Position numbers and translations under genes: made by a program
Assembly (NCBI GenBank): GCA_021323995.1
Contig: JAJPJY010000066.1
Coordinates: 10,458 to 74,457 of the forward strand
Origin: a bacterium
GTDB lineage: Archaea; Thermoproteota; Bathyarchaeia; 40CM-2-53-6
Reading direction: 5' to 3'
Length of the DNA stretch: 64,000 bases
Shown: one piece after another, positions 9,765 through 22,366 of the stretch
Position numbering within the stretch: position 1 is the stretch's first letter
Layout: every line of letters starts with the position of its first letter
The notes under the pieces: generated by a model
The model's input: the letters and a program-made list of their open reading frames with translations, nothing else
What the model was told of the DNA's origin: nothing
The model's database searches: none

Positions 9765-10898
9765 GTGCGGTCTATCGTAGTCGAGGCCGTAGTGCCTACG
9801 GTGCCGTCAAGAGCAGACGAGGTCGAGACGATGGCGCGAAGCATCGGCTATGATGTCGTTGACAGGTTAATCCAGCACCGGAAGAGCATTCATCACACAT
9901 ACACCATTGGACCAGGAAAACTGGACGAGCTCAAACAGCTCACAAAGGAGAAGAAGATAGAAGCAGTCCTCTTCGCGAACCGGCTGCCAGGGTCCCAAGT
10001 CTTCAAGATACAGAAGGTCTTGGGAGGAACAGACATCAAAGTCATCGACCGAAACCTGCTGATCCTAGAAGTCTTCGACCAGCGCGCAATGACAAAAGAA
10101 GCTAAGCTACAGATCGAACTTGCAAAACTCAAGTACACTTTTTCCTGGGGCAAAGAATTTCTGCGATTGAAGGGCATCCTTGGAGAACAGGTCGGCTGGA
10201 GCGGTCCGGGGGAATACCCATATGCTGATTACGAGAGAGGAGCCAGGAAGAGAATCTCTCATGTGGAGAAGGAGTTGAAGGACGTAAATGCGAAAAGCAA
10301 GACTCTCAGGGAACACCGTAGAGAGCGTGGATTCCCGATAGTCGCTTTAGCAGGTTACACTCAGAGCGGGAAGACGACTTTCTTCAACAAGGTGGTTTCT
10401 GAGCACAAGGACACTGGGCTTGGGCCTTTCACGACCTTGTCGACCTATGCTCGGAGAGTAGACTTTCAAAACGGTGCAGATGCCTTCAGCTTTATTCTGA
10501 TAGACAGTATCGGTTTTATCGAAGATATGCATCCCACAATCCTCAAGGCTTTCAACACCACTCTAGGCGAGATCACTGATTCTGATCTGATTCTCCTCTT
10601 CGTAGACATTAGCGAGGATGAGGAAATAGTGTTCAGGAAAATTACGGCGTCGAACGACATACTGAAACGAATCGCGCCGAAGGTGCCAATCGTTGTCTGC
10701 ATAAACAAGATTGATCGTTGCAGTGATGATCAGCTTCAGGAGGGAACCAAGTTGGTCTCACGAATCTTCCCTGGGGTCCCTCACGTCGTTCTCAGTGCTC
10801 TGAACGGAATTAACACGGAAGAGGTTCTGCGTTTGGGCTACCAGCATCTGAGCAGCGGAAGCGCGCCTGAAACTCTAGAGTTGTCAACGTCATCATAG
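9765..10898 (+). CDS. hflX: GTPase HflX
   Basis: HflX N-terminal domain (IGYDVVDRLIQHRKSIHHTYTIGPGKLDEL) and G-domain P-loop AGYTQSGKTT. GTG start. Confidence 0.85.
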   Translation: MRSIVVEAVVPTVPSRADEVETMARSIGYDVVDRLIQHRKSIHHTYTIGPGKLDELKQLTKEKKIEAVLFANRLPGSQVFKIQKVLGGTDIKVIDRNLLILEVFDQRAMTKEAKLQIELAKLKYTFSWGKEFLRLKGILGEQVGWSGPGEYPYADYERGARKRISHVEKELKDVNAKSKTLREHRRERGFPIVALAGYTQSGKTTFFNKVVSEHKDTGLGPFTTLSTYARRVDFQNGADAFSFILIDSIGFIEDMHPTILKAFNTTLGEITDSDLILLFVDISEDEEIVFRKITASNDILKRIAPKVPIVVCINKIDRCSDDQLQEGTKLVSRIFPGVPHVVLSALNGINTEEVLRLGYQHLSSGSAPETLELSTSS

Positions 10899-10957
10899 TA
10901 GATTCAGCCAAACCCTAAAATTCTTCGTTGCCATACCAAGTTATACGGTCATCCTAG

Positions 10958-11926
10958 TTGGAATTACGCAAACTACAGCGAACCCCAGACGGCACCTATC
11001 TTGTCACGATTCCGAAAGCATGGGCCAAACGGGTCGGGCTCGACGCCGGGTCCGTCGTCTCATACGAAGAGCGCCAAGACGGAAGACTCCTGCTCTCACC
11101 CAAGATCGACGAAGAGAGAGCCCCCCTGGAAGTGGTCCTGGATGCCTCGCCGTTCGTCAGGCGAGAGATTATTGAAAGATACTTGCTCGGCTACGACATT
11201 ATCAGAGTCCAGTCAAAAGAGACACTCTCTCCCGATATTCGAGATGAAGTAAGACGGACAACCAAGCGTCTAGTGGGGCTGGAAGTGTTAGAGGAGGACT
11301 CGAAGAAAATAGTTCTCCAATGCCTTGTCGAACCCTCGCTATTGAACCCCGAGCGGATTCTGCGTCGTCTTGAGATGCTGTCCATGCCCATGCAGCTGGA
11401 CTCAGTTCAGGCATTCGTCTCGTCCAACGGAGAACTGGCGAAGGGTGTAGTGGAGAGAGATGAAGAAGTTGACAGGTGGTACTTCCTGTTAGTCCGGCTT
11501 GTGAGGGCTGCAATCTCCGATACTTATCTTCTCGAGAAGATCAAGGTCTCCTCGGTCGACTGCTTGGACTTTCGATTGCTGGCAAGCTATATCGAAACCT
11601 TCGCTGACTACTCCGTGACAATCGCTGAGAATACCCAGGATGGTGTATCCATCCCGAAAGAAGAACAGGGATTGTTAGAGAAGATTGGGACGTCAGTGAA
11701 CACCATGTACCGAGACGCAGTCGGCTCAGTCCTCTCACGAGACCTCAAACTAGCGTCATCGATAGCCCTCCGGTTCAAGGATACCAAGAGGCGGTTGTCC
11801 GAGGCAGAGCAACTGGTCGCAGGATCCTCAAGGCCACTTGTAAATCATTTGGTAGCAGTCACGATCGCGTTGAATAGAATGTGCGAAATTTCAGTGGACA
11901 TTTCAGATCTGACGATCACACGGTAA
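10958..11926 (+). CDS. PhoU-family phosphate-uptake regulator with N-terminal AbrB/SpoVT-like swapped-hairpin domain
   Basis: N-terminus TYLVTIPKAWAKRVGLDAGSVV (AbrB-like). Two PhoU-like helical repeats. Archaeal architecture of about 320 aa. Confidence 0.65.
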   Translation: MELRKLQRTPDGTYLVTIPKAWAKRVGLDAGSVVSYEERQDGRLLLSPKIDEERAPLEVVLDASPFVRREIIERYLLGYDIIRVQSKETLSPDIRDEVRRTTKRLVGLEVLEEDSKKIVLQCLVEPSLLNPERILRRLEMLSMPMQLDSVQAFVSSNGELAKGVVERDEEVDRWYFLLVRLVRAAISDTYLLEKIKVSSVDCLDFRLLASYIETFADYSVTIAENTQDGVSIPKEEQGLLEKIGTSVNTMYRDAVGSVLSRDLKLASSIALRFKDTKRRLSEAEQLVAGSSRPLVNHLVAVTIALNRMCEISVDISDLTITR

Positions 11927-11999
11927 GCACGCGAAACAGGCATAGTAGAATAAGTCCCTCTCCAGACTAAATAGAGCAGTCCTATCGGGAAGTATCTGT

Positions 12000-13514
12000 A
12001 TGTCTGAAAATCTTCGCGATGCAATAGGAGTGATATTGGAAGCAGGTTTTCAGATAGAATCGGACGCGTTCAAGACCCTGGTCCAGTTCGGCCGCGCAGA
12101 GACCCTGAGGCCGCTTATTGATGAAGTGTTGAAGGTGGCAGGCTCTGTTGAGCCTAGGCCCTTGTTCATCAGCTCGGACCTTGTGTTGAAGGCGGTCGAG
12201 AAGCTAGAGCTGATTGGGAACAGGCAACCCGAGGCAGGGACAAGCCTCGGAGCGGAGCGGCGTTTTGCCCAGGAGTACGAGGCGCGGCTGGAGGTCGTGT
12301 TTGATCCGACCGGAAAGTTGGGGACGACAGGGGTTTTCGACGATTTTCTCCACTACTTCCGTAGCCGGTTTGAGAAAATGAGCGCATTGTTTCGCCAGAG
12401 AATCGACACTCGGAGCGGTGGGACGATTGCCGACGCGTTGGCTTCTGGTGCGAACGGTCGGGGCCGCTTCGTCTGTATGGTGGTGGATAAGCGGGAGCGG
12501 GATAATCGGATCTTTCTGACGGTCGACGATTATGATGAGGAGGCGGTGGTGCTAGTGACTGATGCTAATCCGTCTTTGTGGCAGACTGCGCGGCGTTTGT
12601 CTCGTGACCAGGTCTTGTTCTTGGAGACTCGGAAGAGTTCTGGGAAGCTGTTAGTGGCTGAGAATATTGTCTTGCCGGAGATTCCTGAACATCGTCCGGG
12701 CCGGGCACAGGAGGAGGTCTACGCTGTTCTATTATCAGATGTCCATGTGGGAAGTAAAGTCTTCATGGAAGACGAGTTCAAGCGAGTCTTGGGCTGGCTA
12801 CGGGGCCAAGTGGGTGATCATAGCCAGCGCGAGATCGCGGACCGGGTCAAGCATGTAATAATCGGCGGCGATCTCGTGGACGGGATTGGAATCTATCCGC
12901 GCCAAGAAGTGGACCTGAAGATCCCGGATATCTACGAGCAATATCGTCTCGCCTCAAAATTTGTCGAGGAAATTCCAGAGCACATGGAAGTCATTCTGAT
13001 TCCTGGGAATCATGATGCTGTTCGCCAGGCGTTGCCCCAGCCGAGAATCCCACGGGATTTTGCTGGGCCCGTCTACGAGGGTCGGAAGGTTGTGTCTCTG
13101 GGTGATCCGTCTGAAGTACGCTTGGACGGTGTTGATTTTCTGCTCTTTCATGGGACTAGCTTGATGGATATTATTAGCGCGGTTCCGGGTTTTGATTATC
13201 GGCGTCCGGTGGAGGTTATGGAGTATCAGCTTCGTGCGCGGCATCTGGCACCGGAGTATGGGAAGAACACTCCCATTGGACCAGAATTGGAAGATTGGCT
13301 TGTAGTGGAGCATGTCCCGGACGTGTTCATCTCGGGCCATGTTCATGTGCCCGGCTCGGGTGCATACCGGGGGACGACGATTGTTAACGGTGGCGCATGG
13401 CAGGGACAGACGGACTACCAGAAACGCATGGGACTGGTGCCACAGCCGGGATTGTTGCCCGTGATCAATCTACAATCGTTGCAAGTACGCATGATAGACT
13501 TCCGTTCGGGATAG
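12000..13514 (+). CDS. dp1: DNA polymerase II (PolD) small subunit DP1
   Basis: Calcineurin-like phosphoesterase motifs HVIIGGDLVDGIG, IPGNHD, GHVHV. About 504 aa, typical of DP1. Confidence 0.88.
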   Translation: MSENLRDAIGVILEAGFQIESDAFKTLVQFGRAETLRPLIDEVLKVAGSVEPRPLFISSDLVLKAVEKLELIGNRQPEAGTSLGAERRFAQEYEARLEVVFDPTGKLGTTGVFDDFLHYFRSRFEKMSALFRQRIDTRSGGTIADALASGANGRGRFVCMVVDKRERDNRIFLTVDDYDEEAVVLVTDANPSLWQTARRLSRDQVLFLETRKSSGKLLVAENIVLPEIPEHRPGRAQEEVYAVLLSDVHVGSKVFMEDEFKRVLGWLRGQVGDHSQREIADRVKHVIIGGDLVDGIGIYPRQEVDLKIPDIYEQYRLASKFVEEIPEHMEVILIPGNHDAVRQALPQPRIPRDFAGPVYEGRKVVSLGDPSEVRLDGVDFLLFHGTSLMDIISAVPGFDYRRPVEVMEYQLRARHLAPEYGKNTPIGPELEDWLVVEHVPDVFISGHVHVPGSGAYRGTTIVNGGAWQGQTDYQKRMGLVPQPGLLPVINLQSLQVRMIDFRSG

Positions 13515-13826
13515 CTCGTTCTTTACGAGAGCTCTTGAGCAGATCGCGGTCCTCCGTCTTCCAGAAATTGTGCTAACTGCGGAATAGTCGGGACTGAAAG
13601 TAACTGAATGTTGAACGGCGGATTAGCGAAAAGCTTGTGCGGCGGCGCTGGAGAAAACGATACCCGGGAGGTCTAGAATAGTTAACGGTTTTTTTCACTG
13701 TGAAAAATGGTTGTAGGTGAAACTATCACGGGTTTGTTCGTGGTGTTGTGAAACTGAGTTCTGAGATGGGTTGCTCTATTGATTATCTTTTCGAGATGGA
13801 AAGATTTGTAGATTGGAAGAGTTTCG

Positions 13827-14105
13827 ATGGAGAGTGAAGCCGAGAAGAGTCAGGATGCGTGGCTGAAAGTGGTTGAGCGGTTCAGCAAAATATTGGGGGA
13901 ACAATTGGAACAGGAAAGAGCTAGACCAGATAGCGATGAGGAAGCGATCCGGGACATTGAGCAGACACAGCTCAAACTCTTAACGCTCTGGAGGAAGCAG
14001 CTCCCCCGCCCGCGAGAAAGCTCGAAAGCAGAGAGCAAGACCCGGTGGATAAGAAGAGAGCCTGAGACGACTCCACAACAGTCTAGTGTGGGCCAACTAG
14101 CCTGA
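13827..14105 (+). CDS. Hypothetical charged protein
   Basis: ATG-initiated ORF with no recognisable motif. Confidence 0.3.
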   Translation: MESEAEKSQDAWLKVVERFSKILGEQLEQERARPDSDEEAIRDIEQTQLKLLTLWRKQLPRPRESSKAESKTRWIRREPETTPQQSSVGQLA

Positions 14106-14238
14106 AACAGGCAACCATTTCCTGCCTTGTTTCGCGGGTCATCATGTTATGGTTATAGAACGCTTATTCGCGCGACAGGCTCAAGCCCACTTGTAAACGA
14201 GGGTCCTAGGGTTGCCGAACGATGGCGAGAGGGGCGAG

Positions 14239-14553
14239 ATGTACGCCGAGCTTGAGCGGGCGTGCGACGAGCTTGACAAAACCCTCGAGATGCTCAAGAA
14301 AGCAGGCTATACCCTCCGCGAGTTCTCCAAAGTCCTAGAAGCTGACCCTACTGGGATACTGATGACCCACTACCCAGAAGGCTACATGATCTACCCAGAC
14401 GAGATCAACAAGACACCATGGGACTATCCATCACTACGACCCATTGTCGACTTAGACTATCTCATCGAGCTCCTGAAACGTGCTAGACAGCTAAGGCGGG
14501 CTAAGATGGACATCGAAAGACGACTAGGAAAGAAGCTCGTACCATTGTCCTAA
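14239..14553 (+). CDS. Hypothetical protein (ATG at 14239; ORF track begins at TTG 14212)
   Basis: ORF MYAELERACDELDKTLEMLKKAGY... with no recognised domain. Confidence 0.35.
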   Translation: MYAELERACDELDKTLEMLKKAGYTLREFSKVLEADPTGILMTHYPEGYMIYPDEINKTPWDYPSLRPIVDLDYLIELLKRARQLRRAKMDIERRLGKKLVPLS

Positions 14554-14862
14554 TCAACTTCACCGAACGAAGATCTCGATATACCGTCGCCCGAGGCACC
14601 CGGCGCCAGAGAGTAAAGTCTATAATTCTCAAGCATCCAGTTTCCCCCTTGAGTGTTCAGGAGGCACTCTTTCGTATGTGTAAACGTCCAAACATTTCAA
14701 AACCAACCGTCGCAGTAGCCGCCTCCGAACTAGCCACTAGCGGCTAGCGGCGTACTGGCTCAAACTCCCCTGTTTTTCTCTGCGAGAATGCGCGCCTTAA
14801 TCGCTGGATTTTTCGAGAATAGTCTCAGCAATTTTTCCCTCTAAACAATTCCAGTTCGGTAC

Positions 14863-15207
14863 TCAAGCAGGCTTTAGACCATACGCGTTTGTGAAAAGCC
14901 AGTCAAGAACCTGGAGAACTTCGGGAGTAATTTTGCACCAGAGATGAATTCCACCCGGCAGGCAGTCGATCCGACCGTTCGAGAATTGGGCTTTGAAACC
15001 GTCCTGGTTGCGCATCAGCGGCTCAAAACGAAGAGGCTTCAGTTGTTCGAAGACTCTCTTGACATCCTCCTCAGAAAAGGGATAGAATTTCTCTTGTCTT
15101 CTGTGGACAAGAATCGAGAGGTCTTGGTGTCCCAGATCTTGCATTTGTAGTTCGAGGTGTCCCGGTGGGAAGTTGAGCTGGACAACAATCCCGTAGCGTT
15201 GTCCCAC
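14863..15207 (-). CDS. Hypothetical protein; start uncertain
   Basis: Frame is open a further 39 codons upstream with no start codon. Adjacent to the receiver-like gene. Confidence 0.3.
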   Translation of the reverse strand: MGQRYGIVVQLNFPPGHLELQMQDLGHQDLSILVHRRQEKFYPFSEEDVKRVFEQLKPLRFEPLMRNQDGFKAQFSNGRIDCLPGGIHLWCKITPEVLQVLDWLFTNAYGLKPA

Positions 15208-15323
15208 CTCATAGGCGATCCGATTGATTATGACGAACGCTCGAAGCTTATCATTGTCGACAAAAGGCGTGTACTCGTCGCGTCCTGCTTCGAGGCTTGA
15301 CCAAAGGTCCCGTACTATCCAGC

Positions 15324-17866
<2,543 letters not shown>

Positions 17867-17999
17867 CTTGATCTTGTCGAAGAGAAAGGCGAAGACATGA
17901 GCCGCAAAAAGGAGGAGAACGAGGGCAACGAAAAACCGCGCCAGTTCGAGATTACTCAGGGTTATTGTTTGGGCGAGAGTCAGGGCTCGGGTCCTTCGC

Positions 18000-20246
18000 T
18001 TACGAAAAATCGTATGGAATAATGCGGTCTAGGTCTCGCTTTCTCGCGTCTGACATCAGGTCTACGGGGCGCATGTTTCCGCCCAGCTTCGCCAAGACTG
18101 TCAAATGTTCGAATCCGCAATTCTCGCATCTCGCCCGAACTCCTACGCTCGTGTTGTAGCATCGTCGACACCTTGAGTAGAACGAGGAGAACGTGAAGTA
18201 TCGGACCCCCGCCTCTGCCAACTGTTTTGAAGCTCTGATTAGAGAAGATCTGTCGGCCTTGTGTCCTATCAAGAGTGGGAGTATCGAGCCTCCGTCGAAG
18301 ATTCTCTGGAGTTCTCCTTCGATAGTCGCCCTAGTTGCGATCGGAACTTTCTGGGTAAGTGGAATTACAGGTACGTCATTGTAGTACGGATATTTCTTGG
18401 ACCCTTGATAGACCACGGTTGAGAACCCGTACTTCTCGGCATCTATAGAGGCAAACCGCGCTGCGGCCTCGGGTGAGGCATGGACTCCAACTCTTATTCT
18501 GATATCACGAGCGTCAGCCTCTGCTACTGCTCGCCGCGCAGCCTCGACGATCTTCCCGGAAAAAGCTGCGCTTGATTTCTCCCAGATATCATTCTGAGTG
18601 TGATACTTGACCGCCTCCGCTAGTCCAAGCAAACCAATCTCTCCGTGTGCTCTTTGTGGGTCGTAGTAGTTTGCTCCGTTTGCTTGCCATGCTAAGAGTG
18701 GTAAGACTCCTTCAGACACCCTATCGTTGATAGCTTGTTGTTTGAGTTGCAGAGCCTTTACTGCTTCCAAGGTTCCAGCCTGGACTGCTTGTAGGAGTCG
18801 CTCGTCCTTTCTTGAGGATTCGTAGGCAGTTCGGGGTAGGTTAAGCTGGACGGTTCCCACAATGGCACCTGCGCCTTTCGTCCAGTCTCTGTCCTCGGCA
18901 AGAATCGGTCCTTCGGATGATGTCGAATAGTTGTGCTCGAATGGCTGGATGAGAAAGTTGGGAACCGAATATTTGGCTGAACTTTCGAATGCGAGGTTGA
19001 GAAGCTCGTCGGTGGATTCCATCTTACGATCGTGGGTCCGTACGATGATTGATGGATTTAGGACGGGCTGTTGACGCCCGATTTCTAGGCATGCATCGAT
19101 TATTGTTGTGAAAATCTCTTCGGCTTCTCTTGAAAAGTCACCATAGATTCCTTCACTCTTTCCGCTTGGACCAACCGCCTCGAGGTTCTGAAGATGAATC
19201 GGGACCTGGTGATCGAGGCCTATCGAGACTCGGGCTGGTATTGTGTTGGAGAGTCCATCCCAGTTGAGGTCATTGATGAACCGCGTGATTGCTTCTTGGA
19301 CCCGCTGGCGTGGAAGTCCCCTGATGAATGGTGAAAGGATGATGTTGAAGTGGTCGAAGACCTGTTCGCTCGAGACTTCACGTTCGGCGGCTCGAACAAT
19401 CTTTAGCAGGGACCCGAGAGCATCTTCAAGCGACGAGGGAGGACTAGTGGAGGGGGCTCCCTTATGGAGGAAGAGCCTCGCTTCATGGAAGAATATGCTA
19501 GGTTTCAGGAACCATGATGATGCATTTTCGAGATGTAGTTGTCCGGAAAGATGAGCGTCGACGGTGGCTCTCGGGAGACTGTTCATCAAGACGTACTCTT
19601 CAGTGACTCTTTGTCCAGCGGATTGTTGGACCCAGCTCGCGTCGAATTGTTTCTGACCAGCCTCGCGTAAGAGGACTGTTACGTCGTTAACGGGCAGTCC
19701 CAACCGGGTGAGTTTGTGGCGATACTCCTCCAGTTTTCTCTCGATAAGAATAACGTTGACCAGTTCTCGGACTAGTGGGCCGCTTAGGTAGATGATCCCG
19801 AATTTGAGGAGTCTGTCTTCAGCTTCTGCAGCGACCTCGTCTGCAAGGGTTTGGGGCATTCCCGCCTCTGTTAGGAGGGACCGGGCGATCCTGGTGCGGT
19901 CGAACTCTTCGATAGTCATGCGGGAAGTACGGACGAACATCCGCCCACGTTTTACTGCAATGTACTCCTCTAGGTCACGGGAGAACTCGACGAGTATCTT
20001 CCCAAGATCAGTGATGCTGTACTTTTTCGTGCCTTTTTCGATCGAAATCAGGCCGGCCTTCCCTAGCGTCTTGAGATGGTAGACAAATTTGCCTGCGTCC
20101 CGTACGGGATCGAGCTTGACCTCGTACATCATTTCCGTGTAAGGGAGCGGGCCTTTCGAGACGAGTAGCTTGAGAACATGCAGCCGGACGGGCGCGGAGG
20201 CAGCGTCGAGAACGTCAGAGCTGAAGCGTTCGTAGGATCGCTGCAA
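18000..20246 (-). CDS. wHTH + ATP-cone protein with NrdD-like large domain and C-terminal CxxC..CxxC zinc ribbon. Probably not a catalytic ribonucleotide reductase.
   Basis: N-terminal ArsR-like wHTH. ATP-cone (MFVRTSRMTIEEFDRTRIARSL...). HLSGQLHLEN resembles the NrdD HxHD region. C-terminus CRRCY...CENCG. Only one Cys outside the ribbon and no RVxGY glycyl-radical motif. Confidence 0.45.
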   Translation of the reverse strand: MQRSYERFSSDVLDAASAPVRLHVLKLLVSKGPLPYTEMMYEVKLDPVRDAGKFVYHLKTLGKAGLISIEKGTKKYSITDLGKILVEFSRDLEEYIAVKRGRMFVRTSRMTIEEFDRTRIARSLLTEAGMPQTLADEVAAEAEDRLLKFGIIYLSGPLVRELVNVILIERKLEEYRHKLTRLGLPVNDVTVLLREAGQKQFDASWVQQSAGQRVTEEYVLMNSLPRATVDAHLSGQLHLENASSWFLKPSIFFHEARLFLHKGAPSTSPPSSLEDALGSLLKIVRAAEREVSSEQVFDHFNIILSPFIRGLPRQRVQEAITRFINDLNWDGLSNTIPARVSIGLDHQVPIHLQNLEAVGPSGKSEGIYGDFSREAEEIFTTIIDACLEIGRQQPVLNPSIIVRTHDRKMESTDELLNLAFESSAKYSVPNFLIQPFEHNYSTSSEGPILAEDRDWTKGAGAIVGTVQLNLPRTAYESSRKDERLLQAVQAGTLEAVKALQLKQQAINDRVSEGVLPLLAWQANGANYYDPQRAHGEIGLLGLAEAVKYHTQNDIWEKSSAAFSGKIVEAARRAVAEADARDIRIRVGVHASPEAAARFASIDAEKYGFSTVVYQGSKKYPYYNDVPVIPLTQKVPIATRATIEGELQRIFDGGSILPLLIGHKADRSSLIRASKQLAEAGVRYFTFSSFYSRCRRCYNTSVGVRARCENCGFEHLTVLAKLGGNMRPVDLMSDARKRDLDRIIPYDFS

Positions 20247-20299
20247 GAAAGGGTCCTTCGCCTCAGCGGGCGACCCCTGTTTAAAAAAGTAGTGTGAAA

Positions 20300-20659
20300 C
20301 TACTCGATGATTTTCAGGTTCTTCAACGGGACCCAGCCTGTTTCATCGGTCATGTTGGTGACCCAGGCCCAACCGCTTTCGACTTTCTCTATTCTGACTA
20401 TCTCGCCCTCCATCACGGTCACTTCGCTTGCTTCGTAGTTCTGTTGTGCGACCGCACTGTCAGCGCCTATCTTGATACTGTTTTCCGGGACCCATCCTTT
20501 CTTCCCACTGTGGCTTTCACAGAACACCCATCCAGGCCATTCCACATCGATTCGCTTCACTATCTTTAGCTCGTCGCCGGTTTTCATGATTAATGGATCA
20601 GGATACTGCTTGTCGTAGCTGATGGCTACTAGCGCCATCGTCCCGGAATCGCCCTGCAA
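20300..20659 (-). CDS. Tandem SH3-like domain protein
   Basis: Two repeats of the pattern GDELKIVK..WPGWVFCES..GKKGWVPENSIK and GEIVRIEKVESGWAWV..GWVPLKNLKII. Confidence 0.45.
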   Translation of the reverse strand: MQGDSGTMALVAISYDKQYPDPLIMKTGDELKIVKRIDVEWPGWVFCESHSGKKGWVPENSIKIGADSAVAQQNYEASEVTVMEGEIVRIEKVESGWAWVTNMTDETGWVPLKNLKIIE

Positions 20660-20754
20660 ACGTAACCATGAGAGATATGGGTCCAGAGCTATTAAACTGA
20701 GACGGTTGTGAAGGGTCTAACCTGCGCCATGGGACCCCTCTGGTGTTGTCCCTT

Positions 20755-21990
20755 CTATAGCTGGATGGACAGTTGGGGGAGTGTCTGATAGTTTGGCTCG
20801 ATCTCTGTCTTGGTCCATTTGGGAATTAGGTTGTCGACGGTCTTCAAGTATTCCCTGCTGTCGTAGCTCCATCCTTTCTCGTCATTGTATTCTTTGTGGG
20901 AGAATGTTTGCGATTCGATGGTCATCGGATCGATGACCAGGTAAGAATAATTCGTGAGAACTCCCTTCGAGACCAGCAATGAAAGGAATGCGAATAGGTT
21001 GCTGACTTCGACTTGGGGCAAGTATATTCTCACTGTCATCGAGTTGAGTCCTGTTATTCGAGAATAGCTCTGGACTATGGGAAGATCAGGTAGTGCGTTT
21101 TCAACAGCTCGCATTGAGCCTTCACTCTTGAAATCTAGCCGTGCATCTATGAGTTTGGAAATTTGTGGGGCAAAGGGCAACAGGTCGATCACGTATTCCT
21201 GTACGAGACCGCGTGCGACCAGCTTGTCGAAGCGATATTTTGTTGCGGGTAAAGTAAGTCCGAGAAGCTTTGACAAATCCGCCAGGGTCGTTCTTGCATC
21301 TTTGGCAAGTTCCCTTAGAATTACAAGGTCTCGCTTATCGAAACTGTCCGTCTGAGTCGACTGTCTAGTTGCCTCGGTCTTGGCCCGAGTTGTTGTTAGC
21401 TTGTCGAGCCACCCTCTCCAGTCGAACTTCCACGAATGGTCCTTCGGCTTGAAATAGTCAAAGTTCGTCAATGGAAAACCAGCATCGCCTAGCCAGTACA
21501 CACGGTATTTTTTGATAACCCCACGTTCGACGAGCTGTTCGAGATACAGCTCGAAATCATGCCGGTTCGGCGTAGGGACGGCATGTTGCGAATAGTATCC
21601 GTTAGTGTCCCCTAGGCAGCGGGCGATTTTCAGCCAGAAGCCAGGAACCTTGAGCGCTTCCCTTGCGAAAACCTCTTTGCCAGGATGAGGAGTTGCCAGA
21701 ACGACTGCGCGGCTCAATCCGATCTTCGAATAATTTGGATAAACCCAGGTCTTTAGAACTCCCTGGCTCTCAAGTTTCGTCACACGATTATAGACGGTAG
21801 TGTAGGGTAACTTGGCCTTCCGGGCGATTTCCAACAGGTTTCTCGGACCATGTTGTTTCATGGTTCTCAAGATCGTCACGTTTTCCTCGTCAAGGAGAGA
21901 GACTATTCTATGTACACTGTCAAAGTAGTCATCTGCACTGATCGTACTCAAGGGAAGTTCTGAACGAGCCGCAGGTCCTGTGCTTTTCAA
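20755..21990 (-). CDS. Transcriptional regulator with two Lrp/AsnC-type wHTH domains
   Basis: Two HTH segments: ILRTMKQHGPRNLLEIARKAKLPYTTVYNRVTKLESQGVL and ILRELAKDARTTLADLSKLLGLTLPATKYRFDKLVARGLV. Confidence 0.5.
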   Translation of the reverse strand: MKSTGPAARSELPLSTISADDYFDSVHRIVSLLDEENVTILRTMKQHGPRNLLEIARKAKLPYTTVYNRVTKLESQGVLKTWVYPNYSKIGLSRAVVLATPHPGKEVFAREALKVPGFWLKIARCLGDTNGYYSQHAVPTPNRHDFELYLEQLVERGVIKKYRVYWLGDAGFPLTNFDYFKPKDHSWKFDWRGWLDKLTTTRAKTEATRQSTQTDSFDKRDLVILRELAKDARTTLADLSKLLGLTLPATKYRFDKLVARGLVQEYVIDLLPFAPQISKLIDARLDFKSEGSMRAVENALPDLPIVQSYSRITGLNSMTVRIYLPQVEVSNLFAFLSLLVSKGVLTNYSYLVIDPMTIESQTFSHKEYNDEKGWSYDSREYLKTVDNLIPKWTKTEIEPNYQTLPQLSIQL

Positions 21991-22366
21991 GCTTTTCGGA
22001 TAGACGCGGATTGATCGGATCTGTGAAACTGGGAAATTTGGGGTTTAGACGCAAGGCAAAACGCCGGCTAGGACACAATAAACTAACGGGTTTCACAATG
22101 CTCGATTAACAGATTGCACAAAAACGCATCATCATCGGGTCACATGACGAGATTGGTTGCCCAAAACTCTACGGCCGCCTGGACTCGGTTGGACCCAGTC
22201 AGCCCAAGGATTTAGGCGGAAAGGAATGGCAGGGTCTCTGAAGTTGGGAACCCGCAAAAATCGCCTTTCTCTGCTCGAATCCTTATTCTTTGCCCGCGGG
22301 TAACTTAACGTTAGGGGATAACTATAAAACCGCTACATGGGCTACCTTTAGAAGTCTAGAGCTACC

